Shown here: positions 36,450 to 50,024 of the stretch, one piece after another
How positions within the stretch are numbered: position 1 is the first letter of the stretch
How the letters are laid out: each line of letters opens with the position of its first letter
Assembly: GCA_002269645.1 (NCBI GenBank)
Contig: NIVC01000402.1
Location: 1 to 64,000, forward strand
DNA length: 64,000 bases
Direction of reading: 5' to 3'
Source of the DNA: Macrostomum lignano
Lineage: Eukaryota
Notes under the pieces: model-generated
Database searches by the model: none
The model's input: only the letters and a program-made list of their open reading frames with translations
What the model was told of the DNA's origin: nothing
Position numbers and translations under genes: made by a program

Positions 36450-37100
36450 ACATCTCACTCACGATACAGACAGAAAGTCTGAGATCTCACTCACGATACA
36501 GACAGAAAGTCTGAGATCTCACTCACGATACAGACAGAGTCTGAGATCTCACTCACGATACAGACAGAAACTCATGGAAGTCTCACTCAAGATACAGACA
36601 GAAACTCATGGAAGTCTCACTCACGATACAGACAGAAACTCATGGAAGTTTCACTCACGATACAGACAGAAACTCATGGAAGTCTCACTCACGATACAGA
36701 CAGAAACTCATGGAAGTCTCACTCAAGATACAGACAGAAACTCATGGAAGTTTCACTCACGATACAGACAGAAACTCATGGAAGTTTCACTCACGATACA
36801 GACAGAAACTCATGGAAGTCTCACTCAGGAACAGACAGAAACTCATGGAAGTCTCACTCAGGATACAGACAGAAACTCATGGAAGTCTCACTCACGATAC
36901 AGACAGAAACTCATGGAAGTCTCACTCACGATACAGACAGAAACTCATGGAAGTTTCACTCACGATACAGACAGAAACTCATGGAAGTCTCACTCAGGAA
37001 CAGACAGTCTGAGATCAGTCTGAGTAGAAAGTCTGAGATCTCACTAACGATATAGACAGAAACTCTGAGATCTCGCTCACGATATAGACAAAGGCCGGGT
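36450..37100. repeat. Minisatellite, 34-bp unit (ctcactcacgatacagacagaaactcatggaagt)
   Basis: Tandem units visible. Confidence 0.95.
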
Positions 37101-37824
37101 GGTCTCACTCAAGCGGCTCTGGGAGATCTCACTGCGGAGACAGACATTGAATTAGACATTTTTCCTACAGCGGACACTAAATCTGAGACCTACGTCTGTG
37201 AGGGCTCCAAAATATGAAAAAATCTAACCAAAAAACTATACAATATTAGCTAGCTAGCAGAAAATCAAGTGGATATCTACTTTAAACAGCCAGAAGCTTA
37301 TACTAAACTAACCAAAAGCAAGACGGTTTTCACTATCAACTGTCATCACTGATCAAAGATATAGATAAATATAAGACAGTAAAAACTAACAGGATCGGAA
37401 ATGAGCAGGCTCTGTTGCATCAGTCAATAGCTGCTGAAAGCTTTCTGTACGAAAAAACCTTTCTGCACTCATTTTTTTCCATCTTTACCAATAGCCCGCC
37501 TCATCGATTGCGAACTATATAGAGCGAGACGGCGAGAGGAAGGGCGAAAGTATCTATCTTATTGGCGTGAACTTTTAAATCTAAAGGAAAAGGCCAGATC
37601 AGCAACCGGTCTCACAAGTTCAATAAGTGTCTGCCCGGCAGGGAAGACCTGGACAGCCTCAGCACGGCGATAATGGATAGGCAGGACTTAAGTATAGATG
37701 AATGAATTGGAACAGATTGGCTTGATAAGCAGATTGGCCTCAAAATTAGAGTGATGTGCTGCTATATTCTCAATAAACTCGGTACATAAAATAAAAGTTT
37801 ATTAACAGAGATGAGATGAGAGAT

Positions 37825-40035
37825 GAGATAGCGACTCAGAATCCTGACTCCTAAGATAGCGACTCAGAATCCTCACTCCTAAGATAGCAACTCAGAATCC
37901 TCACTCCTGATAAGATAGCGACTCAGAATCCTCACTCCTGATAAGATAGCGACTCAGAATCCTCACTCCTGATTAGATAGCGACTCAGAATCCTCACTCC
38001 TAAGATAGCGACTCAGAATCCTCATTCCTGATAAGATAGCGACTCAGAATCCTCACTCCTAAGATAGCGACTCAGAATCCTCACTCCTGATAAGATAGCG
38101 ACTCAGAATCCTCACTCCTAAGATAGCAACTCAGAATCCTCACTCCTGATAAGATAGCGACTCAGAATCCTCACTCCTGATAAGATAGCGACTCAGAATC
38201 CTCACTCCTAAGATAGCGACTCAGAATCCTCACTCCTGATAAGATAGCGACTCAGAATCCTCACTCCTAAGATAGCAACTCAGAATCCTCACTCCTAAGA
38301 TAGCGACTCAGAATCCTCACTCCTGATAAGATAGCGACTCAGAATCCTCACTCCTAAGATAGCGACTCAGAATCCTCACTCCTGATAAGATAGCGACTCA
38401 GAATCCTCACTCCTGATAAGATAGCGACTCAGAATCCTCACTCCTGATAAGATAGCGACTCAGAATCCTCACTCCTAAGATAGCGACTCAGAATCCTCAC
38501 TCCTGATAAGATAGCGACTCAGAATCCTCACTCCTAAGATAGCGACTCAGAATCCTCACTCCTGATAATATAGTGACTCAGAATCCTCACTCCTAAGATA
38601 GCGACTCAGAATCCTCACTCCTAAGATAGCGACTCAGAATCCTCACTCCTGATAAGATAGCGACTCAGAATCCTCATTCCTGATAAGATAGCGACTCAGA
38701 ATCCTCACTCCTAAGATAGCGACTCAGAATCCTCACTCCTGATAAGATAGTGACTCAGAATCCTCACTCCTAAGATAGCGACTCAGAATCCTCACTCCTA
38801 AGATAGCGACTCAGAATCCTCACTCCTGATAAGATAGCGACTCAGAATCCTCATTCCTGATAAGATAGCGACTCAGAATCCTCACTCCTAAGATAGCGAC
38901 TCAGAATCCTCACTCCTGATAAGATAGCGACTCAGAATCCTCACTCCTAAGATAGCGACTCAGAATCCTCACTCCTGATAAGATAGCGACTCAGAATCCT
39001 CACTCCTAAGATAGCAACTCAGAATCCTCACTCCTAAGATAGCGACTCAGAATCCTCACTCCTGATAAGATAGCGACTCAGAATCCTCACTCCTAAGATA
39101 GCGACTCAGAATCCTCACTCCTGATAAGATAGCGACTCAGAATCCTCACTCCTAAGATAGCAACTCAGAATCCTCACTCCTAAGATAGCGACTCAGAATC
39201 CTCACTCCTAAGATAGCGACTCAGAATCCTCACTCCTGATAAGATAGCGACTCAGAATCCTCACTCCTAAGATAGCGACTCAGAATCCTCACTACTGATA
39301 AGATAGCGACTCAGAATCCTCATTCCTGATAAGATAGCGACTCAGAATCCTCACTCCTAAGATAGCGACTCAGAATCCTCACTCCTGATAAGATAGCGAC
39401 TCAGAATCCTCACTCCTAAGATAGCGACTCAGAATCCTCACTCCTAAGATAGCGACTCAGAATCCTCACTCCTAAGATAGCGACTCAGAATCCTCACTCC
39501 TAAGATAGCGACTCAGAATCCTCACTACTGATAAGATAGCGACCCAGAAACTTCACTCCTGATAAGATAGCGACTCAGAATCCTCACTCCTAAGATAGCG
39601 ACTCAGAATCCTCACTCCTGATAAGATAGCGACTCAGAATCCTCACTCCTAAGATAGCGACTCAGAATCCTCACTCCTAAGATAGCGACTCAGAATCCTC
39701 ACTCCTGATAAGATAGCGACTCAGAATCCTCACTCCTAAGATAGCGACTCAGAATCCTCACTCCTGATAAGATAGCGACTCAGAATCCTCACTCCTAAGA
39801 TAGCGACTCAGAATCCTCACTCCTAAGATAGCGACTCAGAATCCTCACTCCTGATAAGATAGCGACTCAGAATCCTCACTCCTAAGATAGCGACTCAGAA
39901 TCCTCACTCCTAAGATAGCGACTCAGAATCCTCACTCCTGATAAGATAGCGACTCAGAATCCTCACTCCTAAGATAGCGACTCAGAATCCTCACTACTGA
40001 TAAGATAGCGACCCAGAAACTTCACTCCTGATATA
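37825..40035. repeat. 2.2-kb minisatellite with 28-bp and 31-bp unit variants (gatagcgactcagaatcctcactcct[gat]aa)
   Basis: Tandem units differing by a gat insertion. Confidence 0.97.
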
Positions 40036-41579
40036 CTTCACTCCGGCTTAGTATAGAAATCTAAGTGCACTAATTATTCAGTTGAGGCCAAGTTGTTGAT
40101 ATGCAAAGGCCCTGCGAGGAAGTGCACTTAACGAATACGTGCTTATAGCTAGCATCATCGCGACATCAGCTGCACATGGTGAGCGAATACGCATCTAAAT
40201 AAATATAAACTGTATGGTTCGTAGGCTGTCCTTGATAGCTAAAAACTATCCCGAATCTGAGGGTTGGACTATCCCGGTTATAATAATAATATCAGATTGG
40301 GGATCTGGGGAGAAAATGAAGCCACTAGTAGGACTAGCGGCAAAGCGAGGGATAAGAAGAAGTAGCTAGGATCAAGGCAATAAATACACACACTCAGTGA
40401 GAAAAATATTGGGGAAGGAAAGGAAGCTTAAGGACTGACACTGCCGGGATTTCTCAGCACAGTCCAATATTCCAATATAATCCCACGCAATCTGGGGAAG
40501 GACACCAGGAATAAACGAACGGTCTCATTTAATCACTGCCTAACTGTTGGAGACTGTGGCCTCTAATCGACTGTGAACTGAAGGAGACATACGTGGCAGT
40601 ATGCAATTAAGCACAAGCACTCTTTATCGAAAAAGACATTAGACTTATGGCTGAGGTTGGTCTTGAACTCGAAGCAGCTGGTTAAATAAACCTATGAAGT
40701 TTAACGTGCTGCCCATGCCACCAGCCTAGCTGAAAAATCAATCAAATGAGTAAATACACGCCCAAGCACACTTAGGTGTACAGCAGCCTTTTGACTGTCT
40801 TATTGTTCAAGGCACTGAGTGAATTTCTGCTGCATTTTTCGTGTTTCAAAGCATAAGCTGTGCTGCAGCATCTACCAGTAGAATGGCTAAACCAAACTTA
40901 GAAGGCCACATGAGATTGAGGGTCTTTCAGCACAAGAAATCAATTTCTTCTCTGCTTTAGAGTGTGAATAATCTACATTAGATCTATATTTTTGATAGAA
41001 AAATTTTTATTAGACATAGTGAGCTATGAATTTCTAAAAGAAACTTTGTCCATTTCTTTATTGATCTGTGTTTTCTATACCTATACACAAGATAATACTA
41101 GCTAAAAGGTTGCACTGCATATTGTAACAATGATCTGATGTACATGTAGCTATTCTAAGTGTTAGATGGATACAAAAATGATTTAAAACTGATAATTATT
41201 AAAGCTTTGTATATTAAGTTATACAGGCCTAGCTTAAACATGCAGCTTGCTAGTAATAAAGTGGAATACCAATTCAGAGTGTTGTGAGTTGGCACTGAGG
41301 GTGACTCTTTTTGTCTTTATTATGTTGCATATTTATTGACTAGACTAAAATAAAATCATTCTATCTATTGCTTTGGCTCTTTTTCTAGTTAAAATATAGA
41401 GTTTGTTATGATGATTTTTGTAGGCCCTGAATATGAAATTTTGCATTGAAATGCAAATTGCCTTAAGCATATTTGTGTTGTATTCTTTCTTATATAATAA
41501 TAGTTATAGCTATTTGAATGCTATAAGTTATAGAATTCTATTGCCTATGATAAAAAAGCTGCTATTTGGTTACAAATGT

Positions 41580-41899
41580 CAATGGCATATGCAGGGAGGC
41601 TAGGGGAGCCATGGCCCTTTCAATTGCCTAGGGGGGGGGGGGTAACAAAGGTCTTTGATGTGGTAGCCACTAGGCTGAATACCACTTTCTGTTTTATATT
41701 TTATTATTAGCCCAGGTATTTTTGACCAATTGTCAAGTCAATAAAATAACAATAGAAAACTAACATGCTATATTACAAATCTAATCTATAATCTATTTTA
41801 TCACAATCAAACTATAAAAACAAAAGTAGCAAGTCTTTCAATTAACCTTTTTCCTCAATATGGCCTTCTTCCCAATGGAAAATCCTGGGTATGCCATTG
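41580..41899. mobile_element. hAT-type MITE, 320 bp
   Basis: TIRs caatggcatatgcagg / cctgggtatgccattg (14/16); 8-bp flanks acaaatgt / acaaatat (7/8). Confidence 0.7.
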
Positions 41900-42183
41900 A
41901 CAAATATAAAAATAAAAGTTAATATACTCTGAAAGCTATTGTTTGCATTTTTAAATATCAAAAACATATAGGCCAAAACCATAAAATTTCATAACATGAA
42001 TAATAGTAATATTAATAGTGGAAATAAATATAAATATTTTATATAAGATTTATTATTAAAAACATTTAAATTCTATAGTAACTATGGAAGATTTTAGACA
42101 ATTATTATTTAATCAATGTAGATAAATATATATTTACTAATAGGCCTACTAATAGAAAAAAGCTTAAAAAACATTAGTTTGCA

Positions 42184-42380
42184 GGGTTTGTCAACCAATT
42201 TAACTGCTCTATGGACCAGAGCATCTCCTACGTGGGGAAAACCAAAAGACACCTACGCATTGAAGTTGTTAGAAATTGCAATTATATTCAAATGTTGATA
42301 TTAAGCTTTCTATTTATTCTTCTCACTAAGCAAGCGACTCTACTAGCATAATTAAACTTTAACCTACATTATATTATATT
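42184..42380 (+). pseudogene. Degenerate GIY-YIG endonuclease fragment of a Penelope-like retroelement
   Basis: Translation from 42184: GFVNQFNCSMDQSISYVGKTKRHLRI, resembling the PLE motif VYxFxC...SYIGxTKRHL. A remnant K-L-*-P-T-L lies downstream in another frame. Confidence 0.55.
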
Positions 42381-45300
42381 GCAAATGGTAAAAGGTATCT
42401 AGTAACAATATCTATATTGATAGAAAATAACCAATTTAACTTTTTGTATTTTTTTAGTTTTTCTATAATTAATTTATACCATGGATATCTTATTATATAA
42501 TTCTAACTAATTTTTAGCTATAGTGAATAAAGACAAGATCTTAAAACAAATCTTAAAATCTATAATCTTAGTAAAAATTGAGATTCCAATCTTGCATATA
42601 AAAAATAGATCTTATTGAACCCTTAATTTTAAATTATCTTTTCCAATAAAATATATCTAATTTAATTTTTTGTTTAGGCTTGCCTTTATCATATTTTAAA
42701 TTGAATATTATTAGGCCGTAGACCCTAACAATAAATAAAGCTTTAGGGCTTTATCCTTTATATATATGCCTATTTTATTGGCTAAAATTAATTTGGATAA
42801 AGTAAGGCAGTGTAAGACCAAGATGGCCACAGCATTTAATCTCTATTATATCTACTCTTTCTCTATACCATTAATTAGCAACTCAATAGCTATTGTAATA
42901 TTAATTTATATGTTTAATCACTCATATTAATATTTATAAATATTGATGGGGGCCTCAGGCAGGCTACAATAATAGATTTGAAACTAACTACCTATAATAC
43001 AAAAACTTATCTTTTTCTGTGTTTGTGCCAATTTATTCCCTATCATTGCATCTATCAAATCTATCACTATTAGTATTAGTTTATCAAGAAACCATTGTTA
43101 GTAATGCTATACAAAAATAGGATAAATATACAACAAGGTATTTATTTTGTGCTAGGTTACTTGCTTTATTTGGTAGATAAATATTTATAGGTCAGGCTAC
43201 AATATAAAAGCTAAAGCATAAGGGAATGTTCTTTATTTAAAATAACTCTATTATAGCATCTATCCCCCCAAGACATGCAATATATAAAATTCGAACCTTT
43301 AAATGGCTTAGCCTATCAAATAGACATGATACAAATAAAAGTTTTTTATACTTAATTGTAATTTAACAATAGCAAACATATTTTACCATCTATTTACTAG
43401 TAAATTACCACAAATAATAGGCCTGTTTATGCCTTCAATGGTGCCTATCATGCCTATAACGAAGTTACGAAGTTAAAAAAACTAATTTTATACCGGAGCT
43501 GACTGTTTCGATTTAAAGCTGGAGTAGCGACGGTGGAGAGCAAGCGGAATGCTCTTCTTGAGTGTTGTTTAAAGGGACTTAAGGCCCGAAGAAATTTTCG
43601 TAGATTATATTTGAATTGGCGCTAATATCTCTTTTCGCTGCTTAAACGCTCTCAGGTAACAAACTACCAAAAGTAAAGAGTACCTCGGCAATATGCATCG
43701 ATAAACTGCTATTTGAAATAAAGGTTAGAATAAAAAGCGGCTCGATGGATAAAATAAAAAAAATTTCAACAATATATTTCAAATCACATTCATTGGATGA
43801 AATTGGAGTCTTTCAGCGCATATATGGTTGAGTTATCAGCCTCCAAAACATCACAAGGAAAGGTGTTAAAAGATAAAAGGTATTTCCAAAATTCATTTAA
43901 TGACTCGGTGTTTTGAGAAAAGCCACTTGGGTGCGGCTGTGTCGCCGCAGGGGGTATCGCGCTAGAGTTCCAACCGAAATTTCAAAGTAACTTTTCAAAA
44001 TTTACCAATCGTCTTGACCATGCAATCGTCTTGACATGGTAGCTCGAATTTCCGCCTTAAATGTCTTTTTGTCATCCTGGATAGATATAGAGCGCCAAGC
44101 GTTACGTGTACACGTATTATGTATAGATATAGCTGGGTCTAAAAAGCCCTACTATACGCAAAGGTAATCACCTTAATCTTATACAGTCCTTATTCGTAAT
44201 GTTGTCGCTTGTTTAGCAAAAAGACTAAAACAGTCGATCGCTATGTTAAGGATGTATTCAGAAGATGTTTCCCCTGTGTAGTATAGGAATACATAAAAAC
44301 TGACCTCAGTATACGTCTAAATGCATTTGTGTTGCCAGCAGCTTCAGATCAAATATGTATTGTATGCGTGCATGTAAGCATATAAATATGCATGTGTACC
44401 CTAATGCACACTTAATTACATGTACAATACGTACCTAGTCAAATCGACTTGATAAAAAATATCGTTAGTTGAATTGTTGCTACTTTTTGGTGACATAAAC
44501 GATTATTCGCTCATACACACTGTTCTAGTGAGGTTATGGAATGCTCTACCTGCAGCATTAGCTACATGTAGTTCTGGCATCAAGAAGACATCTTTAATAT
44601 AATATAATAATGAAAAGATGTACATAATCGTGCTTTATACTCGCAACTAAAGGCACAGATGTACTAAGGTTAGATGCACCCAGAAAGTTAAGCCAACGAT
44701 TCTATAAGAGTAGCAAATCCTATAGAGAACCACTTGTGCCCAGCATTGCACTTGCATTTAAGCGAAGTCACATAAGTGTGATAGGCGAACCAGTAAGAAT
44801 ATAATATGACATTTACTTTTTCACTTTATATTTTAATTTTTATCATCATCGTTACATCAGTTTTAAGGGTCAGGAATATAGCGACTCGTAATGCAAGGTG
44901 AAGACTCGATATAAAAAATTTGCAAGGAAAAGGACACGGGAAACAAGAATGGCACAGGCGATGCAACAGTGGCGGAGTTCTGGGGGTCACACTAAACTGA
45001 CCGGAACATGAGCACTTTTATCTCTTGTGTGGATAACTTGTGCATCCTGTAACTCAAATAACACTATATGAATTAAGGTGCTAGCCAAAACCGGGTCTTT
45101 TATCCAGCCACCTATAAATATAAATATAAATATATTACGTCTAAGACAACAAATTCTTAATAAATCATACAATTTTTTCTTTTCTTATTACGAGGCAATC
45201 TGCGAGATTGAGCTCTGCTAGAAGTCAATAATAGGCTTATTTGGACTTGAATAAAATATTATCATGTGATAAATCATAAAAAAAGTGTGATACCGGATCA

Positions 45301-47837
45301 AGACAATTTAACCCTATTGTCTGACAAACGAGGCATTCAATTTAAGGGTGTGCGCTAAAAATTCCCGTTAGTGTGCTATTATACTACTGCAAGTAACCGA
45401 CTATATTGGAACTTGACTACATAAAGAGAATAGTAAAGATTACAAAACAAAGTCAACACACAGCTGGTTTCGCAAGCAAGATAGGTTTAAAGTAAGAAAA
45501 TTAAAACAAAAAACAAGAAATATCAAGTGAAACTGATAACGACAGGGAGAGAGAGACTGCCCGATCAACACTACGCAGAGCTTCAACTGCTCAGGCTGTA
45601 CGATGACAGGTCTGTTCAGATGTAAGCGACAGGTTTCGACAGGTTGCAATAACAGTTGACGACATTTAGTTGCGTGAAAGGAAAACAAAACAAGACACAA
45701 GAAGAGAATAATCATTTTTGGAATCATCAATCACTGCTCAAGGGGACTAAATATAGCTAAGGGGTCTTTTATTGGCTATTTCATATTCTAGTAATTTAAC
45801 CTGCTTAATTATTTAAAGTTTCTATTCAGTTGATGAAATGGAAATTCTCCAGGACTCCAGCTGCTATTTTTCTGTTCTAGGGAAAGGACAATTAAAGTGG
45901 GCATTAATACGAGAGTAAGGCTAGATAAGATTTTAGCGAGAGAGAAATCACGTGACATAGAAATCGGTTCTATTAGCAGCGGAGGCATAATGTACGTTTG
46001 CCAGTAAGGCAGAAATGTACATAGCAGTTTGCTTAATCCCGGGGAGTGAATATAGAGCAATAAAATGGAGTGGAGAGAGAATTGGAGGGTAGAAATAATG
46101 TACATTCGTCAGCGCTACATATAATGTACACGAGCAACCCCCTTGGGCGCGAGGATGACAATAAAACAAGGGCGAAGGTTAGCAAAAGACTGCGTAGGGA
46201 GAGGCGATTAGTACTACTGAGTTTTAAGTAGTTTGATAGCAGATGTATTTTGTTTTTACTAAATTCTAATTGTTAAATTAATGGTGCTTTTTATTACGAA
46301 AACTCAACGTACAAAATCAACAACTCAGTCGTCGATATCAATGACAGACAGAAAATTTCCCAAAATCTAAGGCTTGGTATGCTTGGTTCAAACAGTCAAT
46401 CGCAGTAAGTGCTTTATAGAAGAAAGAAAAAGGGTAAAAGCAAGTTAACCAACACGCGGAAAGCCAGGTGCAAAAGCCAGCAACAGAGAGTTAATTAAGA
46501 CACGAAAACTCTGGATAATTTCAATCAACGGGCAGCAGCGCAACTGATAGTTGAGGATCGGACATATGAAACTAGTCGCCTGTATCGTTTCCGACGCGCC
46601 GTATAAAATACGTGTCTTTCTCATAATGCCCTACTGTCAGTAGACGTTGCAAAGCGTTCCAGACGGCCAGGGATCGTCCTCGGTACTGCTTAACAGTAAC
46701 ACAAGAGAAAAAGACAATTTAAATTTAAAAAATCAGAGCTAACAAATCAAGACGTTAATAGATTATTCGCACTCTGGAATATGAAGCAAATGAAATCTAA
46801 AGAAAACACAAAAATGTGAAGCCAAATAGTTTTAACCACATACTAGAATAACTAGGTGTGTCATTCGCAAATTTATCTATTCGTTCTCAGTAGCAAAATT
46901 AGCGCTTTTTGCATTATTTTTTTTACAAGAAATTGAAAGTTTTTGAAGCTGACAAGTTGAGCTTTCTTCTTGCCCGCTAGCTGACTCACTTTGACCTCTT
47001 TCCTTACTGCTCTCTCATTGGCTGAGCTAGATTCTCCTTACTGCTCTCTGATTGGCTGAGTTCTTGGGCCTGCCCCCTAGGCTGAGTTTCGTCCGTATGA
47101 CTTTGACGTCTCTCCTTACTGCTCTCATTGGCTGAGCAATATTCTCTTTGCTGCTCTCTCATTGGCTGAGCTAGATTCTCTTTGCTGCTCTCTCATTGGC
47201 TGAGCTCTTGGGCCTGTTCCCTATGCCGAATTTCGTCCATCTTGCGTTCACTTGTTTACATCGAGTTAAATGCTTGTTGTTCTTTCTTAACCCCATATAC
47301 TCAAAGGTCACAAACCCCGAGGAAGGAAAGGAAAATTTAGCAGCCACATTAAATTTAAGTGACAGTGCACAGACAAACTACTGAAGATAGTAGATGCTGT
47401 GCTTTTCCACAACTAATTGCGAGTGACATATCCGGTTATTCTAGTATATGTTGGGTTTTTAATAAGGAAATGTAGTAAATAAATAAGAAACCAAAACAGC
47501 AAATAAGTCGATACATTTTCGTGCGAGAAATTGACTGAGGACAGAACTGAATTATGATAAATAAAATTACTATAGTAGGCAATCAGTGAAAAAATTTTTG
47601 GTCCAGACATAACGCAGACTGCCAAATAGAGAGAAACGAGGCATCTAAACATATAGAGAGGAGTCAGTATAGAGCTATATAAAAATTTGTCCATATATAA
47701 AAATTACACCGCGCAACACGCAATGACTACAAAAGAAGGTCAAGGTTAGGAATGTATAGGGCGTGTGAAGCAGCGAATTCATTTTATTAGCTAATCCTTA
47801 TCATACCGACAAGAGATTTAACGTGTTCTCCTATATT

Positions 47838-47931
47838 CTAAGCGTAACGCTCTTGAAACTCGTGGTGCCAGCGGTTGAAGTCGATGTTGAAGACAATCAG
47901 ACAGCCGGTTGACATGCCGGCAAGGAGGAAC
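47838..47931 (-). CDS. NBEA: Neurobeachin/LRBA-like BEACH-WD40 protein, terminal exon
   Basis: Acceptor gccgcag|G; [30 protein letters not shown], matching the DFNRWH C-terminus of the family. Confidence 0.85.
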
Positions 47932-48319
47932 CTGCGGCAAAGGTCGCGGATGGAGGGACTTTTTGAAAAACTAACCTTCCATGCTGATAATAGTACTCAT
48001 AGTAGCTAGCTAAAAATGACAGTAAAAGAACTCAAGCTCCCTATTCAACTGCGTACTAACCACACAAAACTCTGCTTAACCGATGTAAAAAACCTGAAGT
48101 TTTGAAGACCGATTTATTTAAGATTTATCATTCTGAGATTCGATAAGGGCAGGGATTCTTGTGTGCACTCTGGCGCACTTTAAAGCGACATTGTCACACA
48201 ACCGGCGAGATGCATCACTGCCCATTCCGCCGACTCCCCTCAGCAGGCACAAGCGCGGATACAGACGCAGTCATACGCACAGGCACACACTCACACAGGA
48301 GATACAGCAGCCCTAACTT

Positions 48320-48500
48320 TATTTATCGTTAGGCTGTACACTTCACTGTGCCTTGAAGGTTGGTCCTCAAAGGCGTTAATTGCCCGAGCAGAGCCAAGCC
48401 GAGATTCAAATTCAGTTCAAATTGATGCGACTGCATTTGGAATCGAGCCTGGGCCACTGGCACATCGGAGCGCCGCGCTTGACCACTGAGCTACGCCCCC
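48320..48500 (-). mobile_element. tRNA-derived SINE-like element or tRNA pseudogene in the last NBEA intron
   Basis: Minus strand GGGGGCGTAGCTCAGTGGTCAAGCGC...GGCTCGATTCC gives A-box and B-box-like motifs. No clean acceptor stem; unrelated body ends near aataaaa. Confidence 0.55.
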
Positions 48501-48632
48501 CTGTAGGGCAGGGATTAGAGATTAGGGTAGATCCCCACAGTTCAAACCCCACTTGTAATAAAGGCACAGGTGCATTAACAATAGTAAGTATAATACAGAA
48601 TGTAGCGGCAATGCGCACAACAGCCTACTCAC

Positions 48633-48981
48633 TTCTGATCGTGAGTAAGCGCCAGCGAACGAATCGGCGAGTCGCACACGGGGAAAGCGTAGATTGCGGC
48701 CAAATCGTGAGTCCGCCTGACCTCGGCCGTGCCGCTGTCCCCGGCCGTGATGACGTACTGGCCGCAGCGGCTGAGAATCATCGCCTCCAATCGGTCGTGC
48801 GCGTTGACGTGACGCATCAGCTTGCCGTTCAGGGTGTACGAGGCGCACACATCGTCGTCCAGTTTGACGCAGATGACGCCCTCCCGGTTGATGGACACCA
48901 GGTCGGGCACCGAGGTGCCGGGCGGCAGGTCTAGGGAGCGGATGAGCTCGCCGTGGGTTGTGTGCATCAGCAGCAGGCCGT
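48633..48981 (-). CDS. NBEA: Neurobeachin-like, WD40 exon
   Basis: Acceptor ctccag|AC; DGLLLMHTTHGELIRSL...YTLNGK...GQYVITAGDSG...IRSLALTHDQK; donor AA|GTGAGT. Confidence 0.9.
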
Positions 48982-49069
48982 CTGGAGTGAAGTGATGTGT
49001 TGCATGCTCCTAACCGACCTACTAGCAGTAGCATGAAAAGTCCATCACTTTCCCGGTAAAGCAACCATT

Positions 49070-49735
49070 AGCCTCACAGCCAGCCAGTCAAAGCAACCAT
49101 TAGCCTCACAGCCAGCCAGTCAAAGCAACCATTAGCCTCACAGCCAGCCAGTCAAAGCAACCATTAGCCTCACAGCCAGCCAGTCAAAGCAACCATTAGC
49201 CTCACAGCCAGCCAGTCAAAGCAACCATTAGCCTCACAGCCAGCCAGTCAAAGCAACCATTAGCCTCACAGCCAGCCAGTCAAAGCAACCAATAGCCTCA
49301 CAGCCAGCCAGTCAAAGCAACCATTAGCCTCACAGCCAGCCAGTCAAAGCAACCATTAGCCTCACAGCCAGCCAGTCAAAGCAACCATTAGCCTCACAGC
49401 CAGCCAGTCAAAGCAACCATTAGCCTCACAGCCAGCCAGTCAAAGCAACCATTAGCCTCACAGCCAGCCAGTCAAAGCAACCATTAGCCTCACAGCCAGA
49501 CAGTCAAAGCAACCATTAGCCTCACAGCCAGACAGTCAAAGCAACCATTAGCCTCACAGCCAGCCAAAGCAACCATTAGCCTCCCATACAGCCAGCCAAA
49601 GCAACCATTAGCCTCCCATACAGCCAGCCAAAGCAACCATTAGCCTCACAGCCAGCCAAAGCAACCATTAGCCTCACAGCCAGCCAGTCAAAGCAACCAT
49701 TAGCCTCACAGCCAGCTAAAGCAACCATTAGCCCC
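49070..49735. repeat. Intronic minisatellite, 32-bp unit (aaagcaaccattagcctcacagccagccagtc)
   Basis: Tandem units fill nearly the whole intron 48982-49739. Confidence 0.95.
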
Positions 49736-49739
49736 TTAC

Positions 49740-49992
49740 CCTTAGAGCCGCTGACGATGATGCCCAATTCGGCGGATATGGCCACCACGGTGATTTCCTC
49801 GTGATGGCCGGTGAGGGTCGCCTTCGGCGCCGGTGCATCGGGCGAGTCGCCGACAATAGCTGAGCTCTTGCTGCTCCAGAGCCAGAGAAGCAGGGTGCAA
49901 TCGCTGGAGCCGGTGACCACATAGCAGTCTTGGCTGAAGTTGCACTCAGACCTGGCCAGGCACTTTACTATGCCGAAGTGGCCGAAGATAAC
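49740..49992 (-). CDS. NBEA: Neurobeachin-like, WD40 exon
   Basis: Acceptor ccctcag|GTT; VIFGHFGIVKCLARSE...VVTGSSDCTLLLW...LTGH...ELGIIVSGSK; donor G|GTAAGG. Confidence 0.9.
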
Positions 49993-50024
49993 CTGAGGGA
50001 GCACAGGTAGTACTTGTTACACTA

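Noticed and set aside
37825-40035. Regular 28/31-bp repeats as a possible CRISPR array
   Set aside because: No unique spacers, eukaryotic context and no cas genes. The same applies to all other arrays.
40655-40735. Possible second tRNA-SINE head on the minus strand (TGGCATGGGCAG ... GAGTTCAAGACC)
   Set aside because: Box matches are weak and it is not similar to the 48500 element.
42500-42760. Possible minus-strand LINE reverse-transcriptase remnant (KA..G...MIKAS-like)
   Set aside because: Needs several frameshifts and substitutions to read; not distinguishable from chance by eye.
48380-49064. ORFs 48380..48934 (+) and 48522..49064 (-)
   Set aside because: Antisense or off-frame shadows of the neurobeachin WD40 exon.
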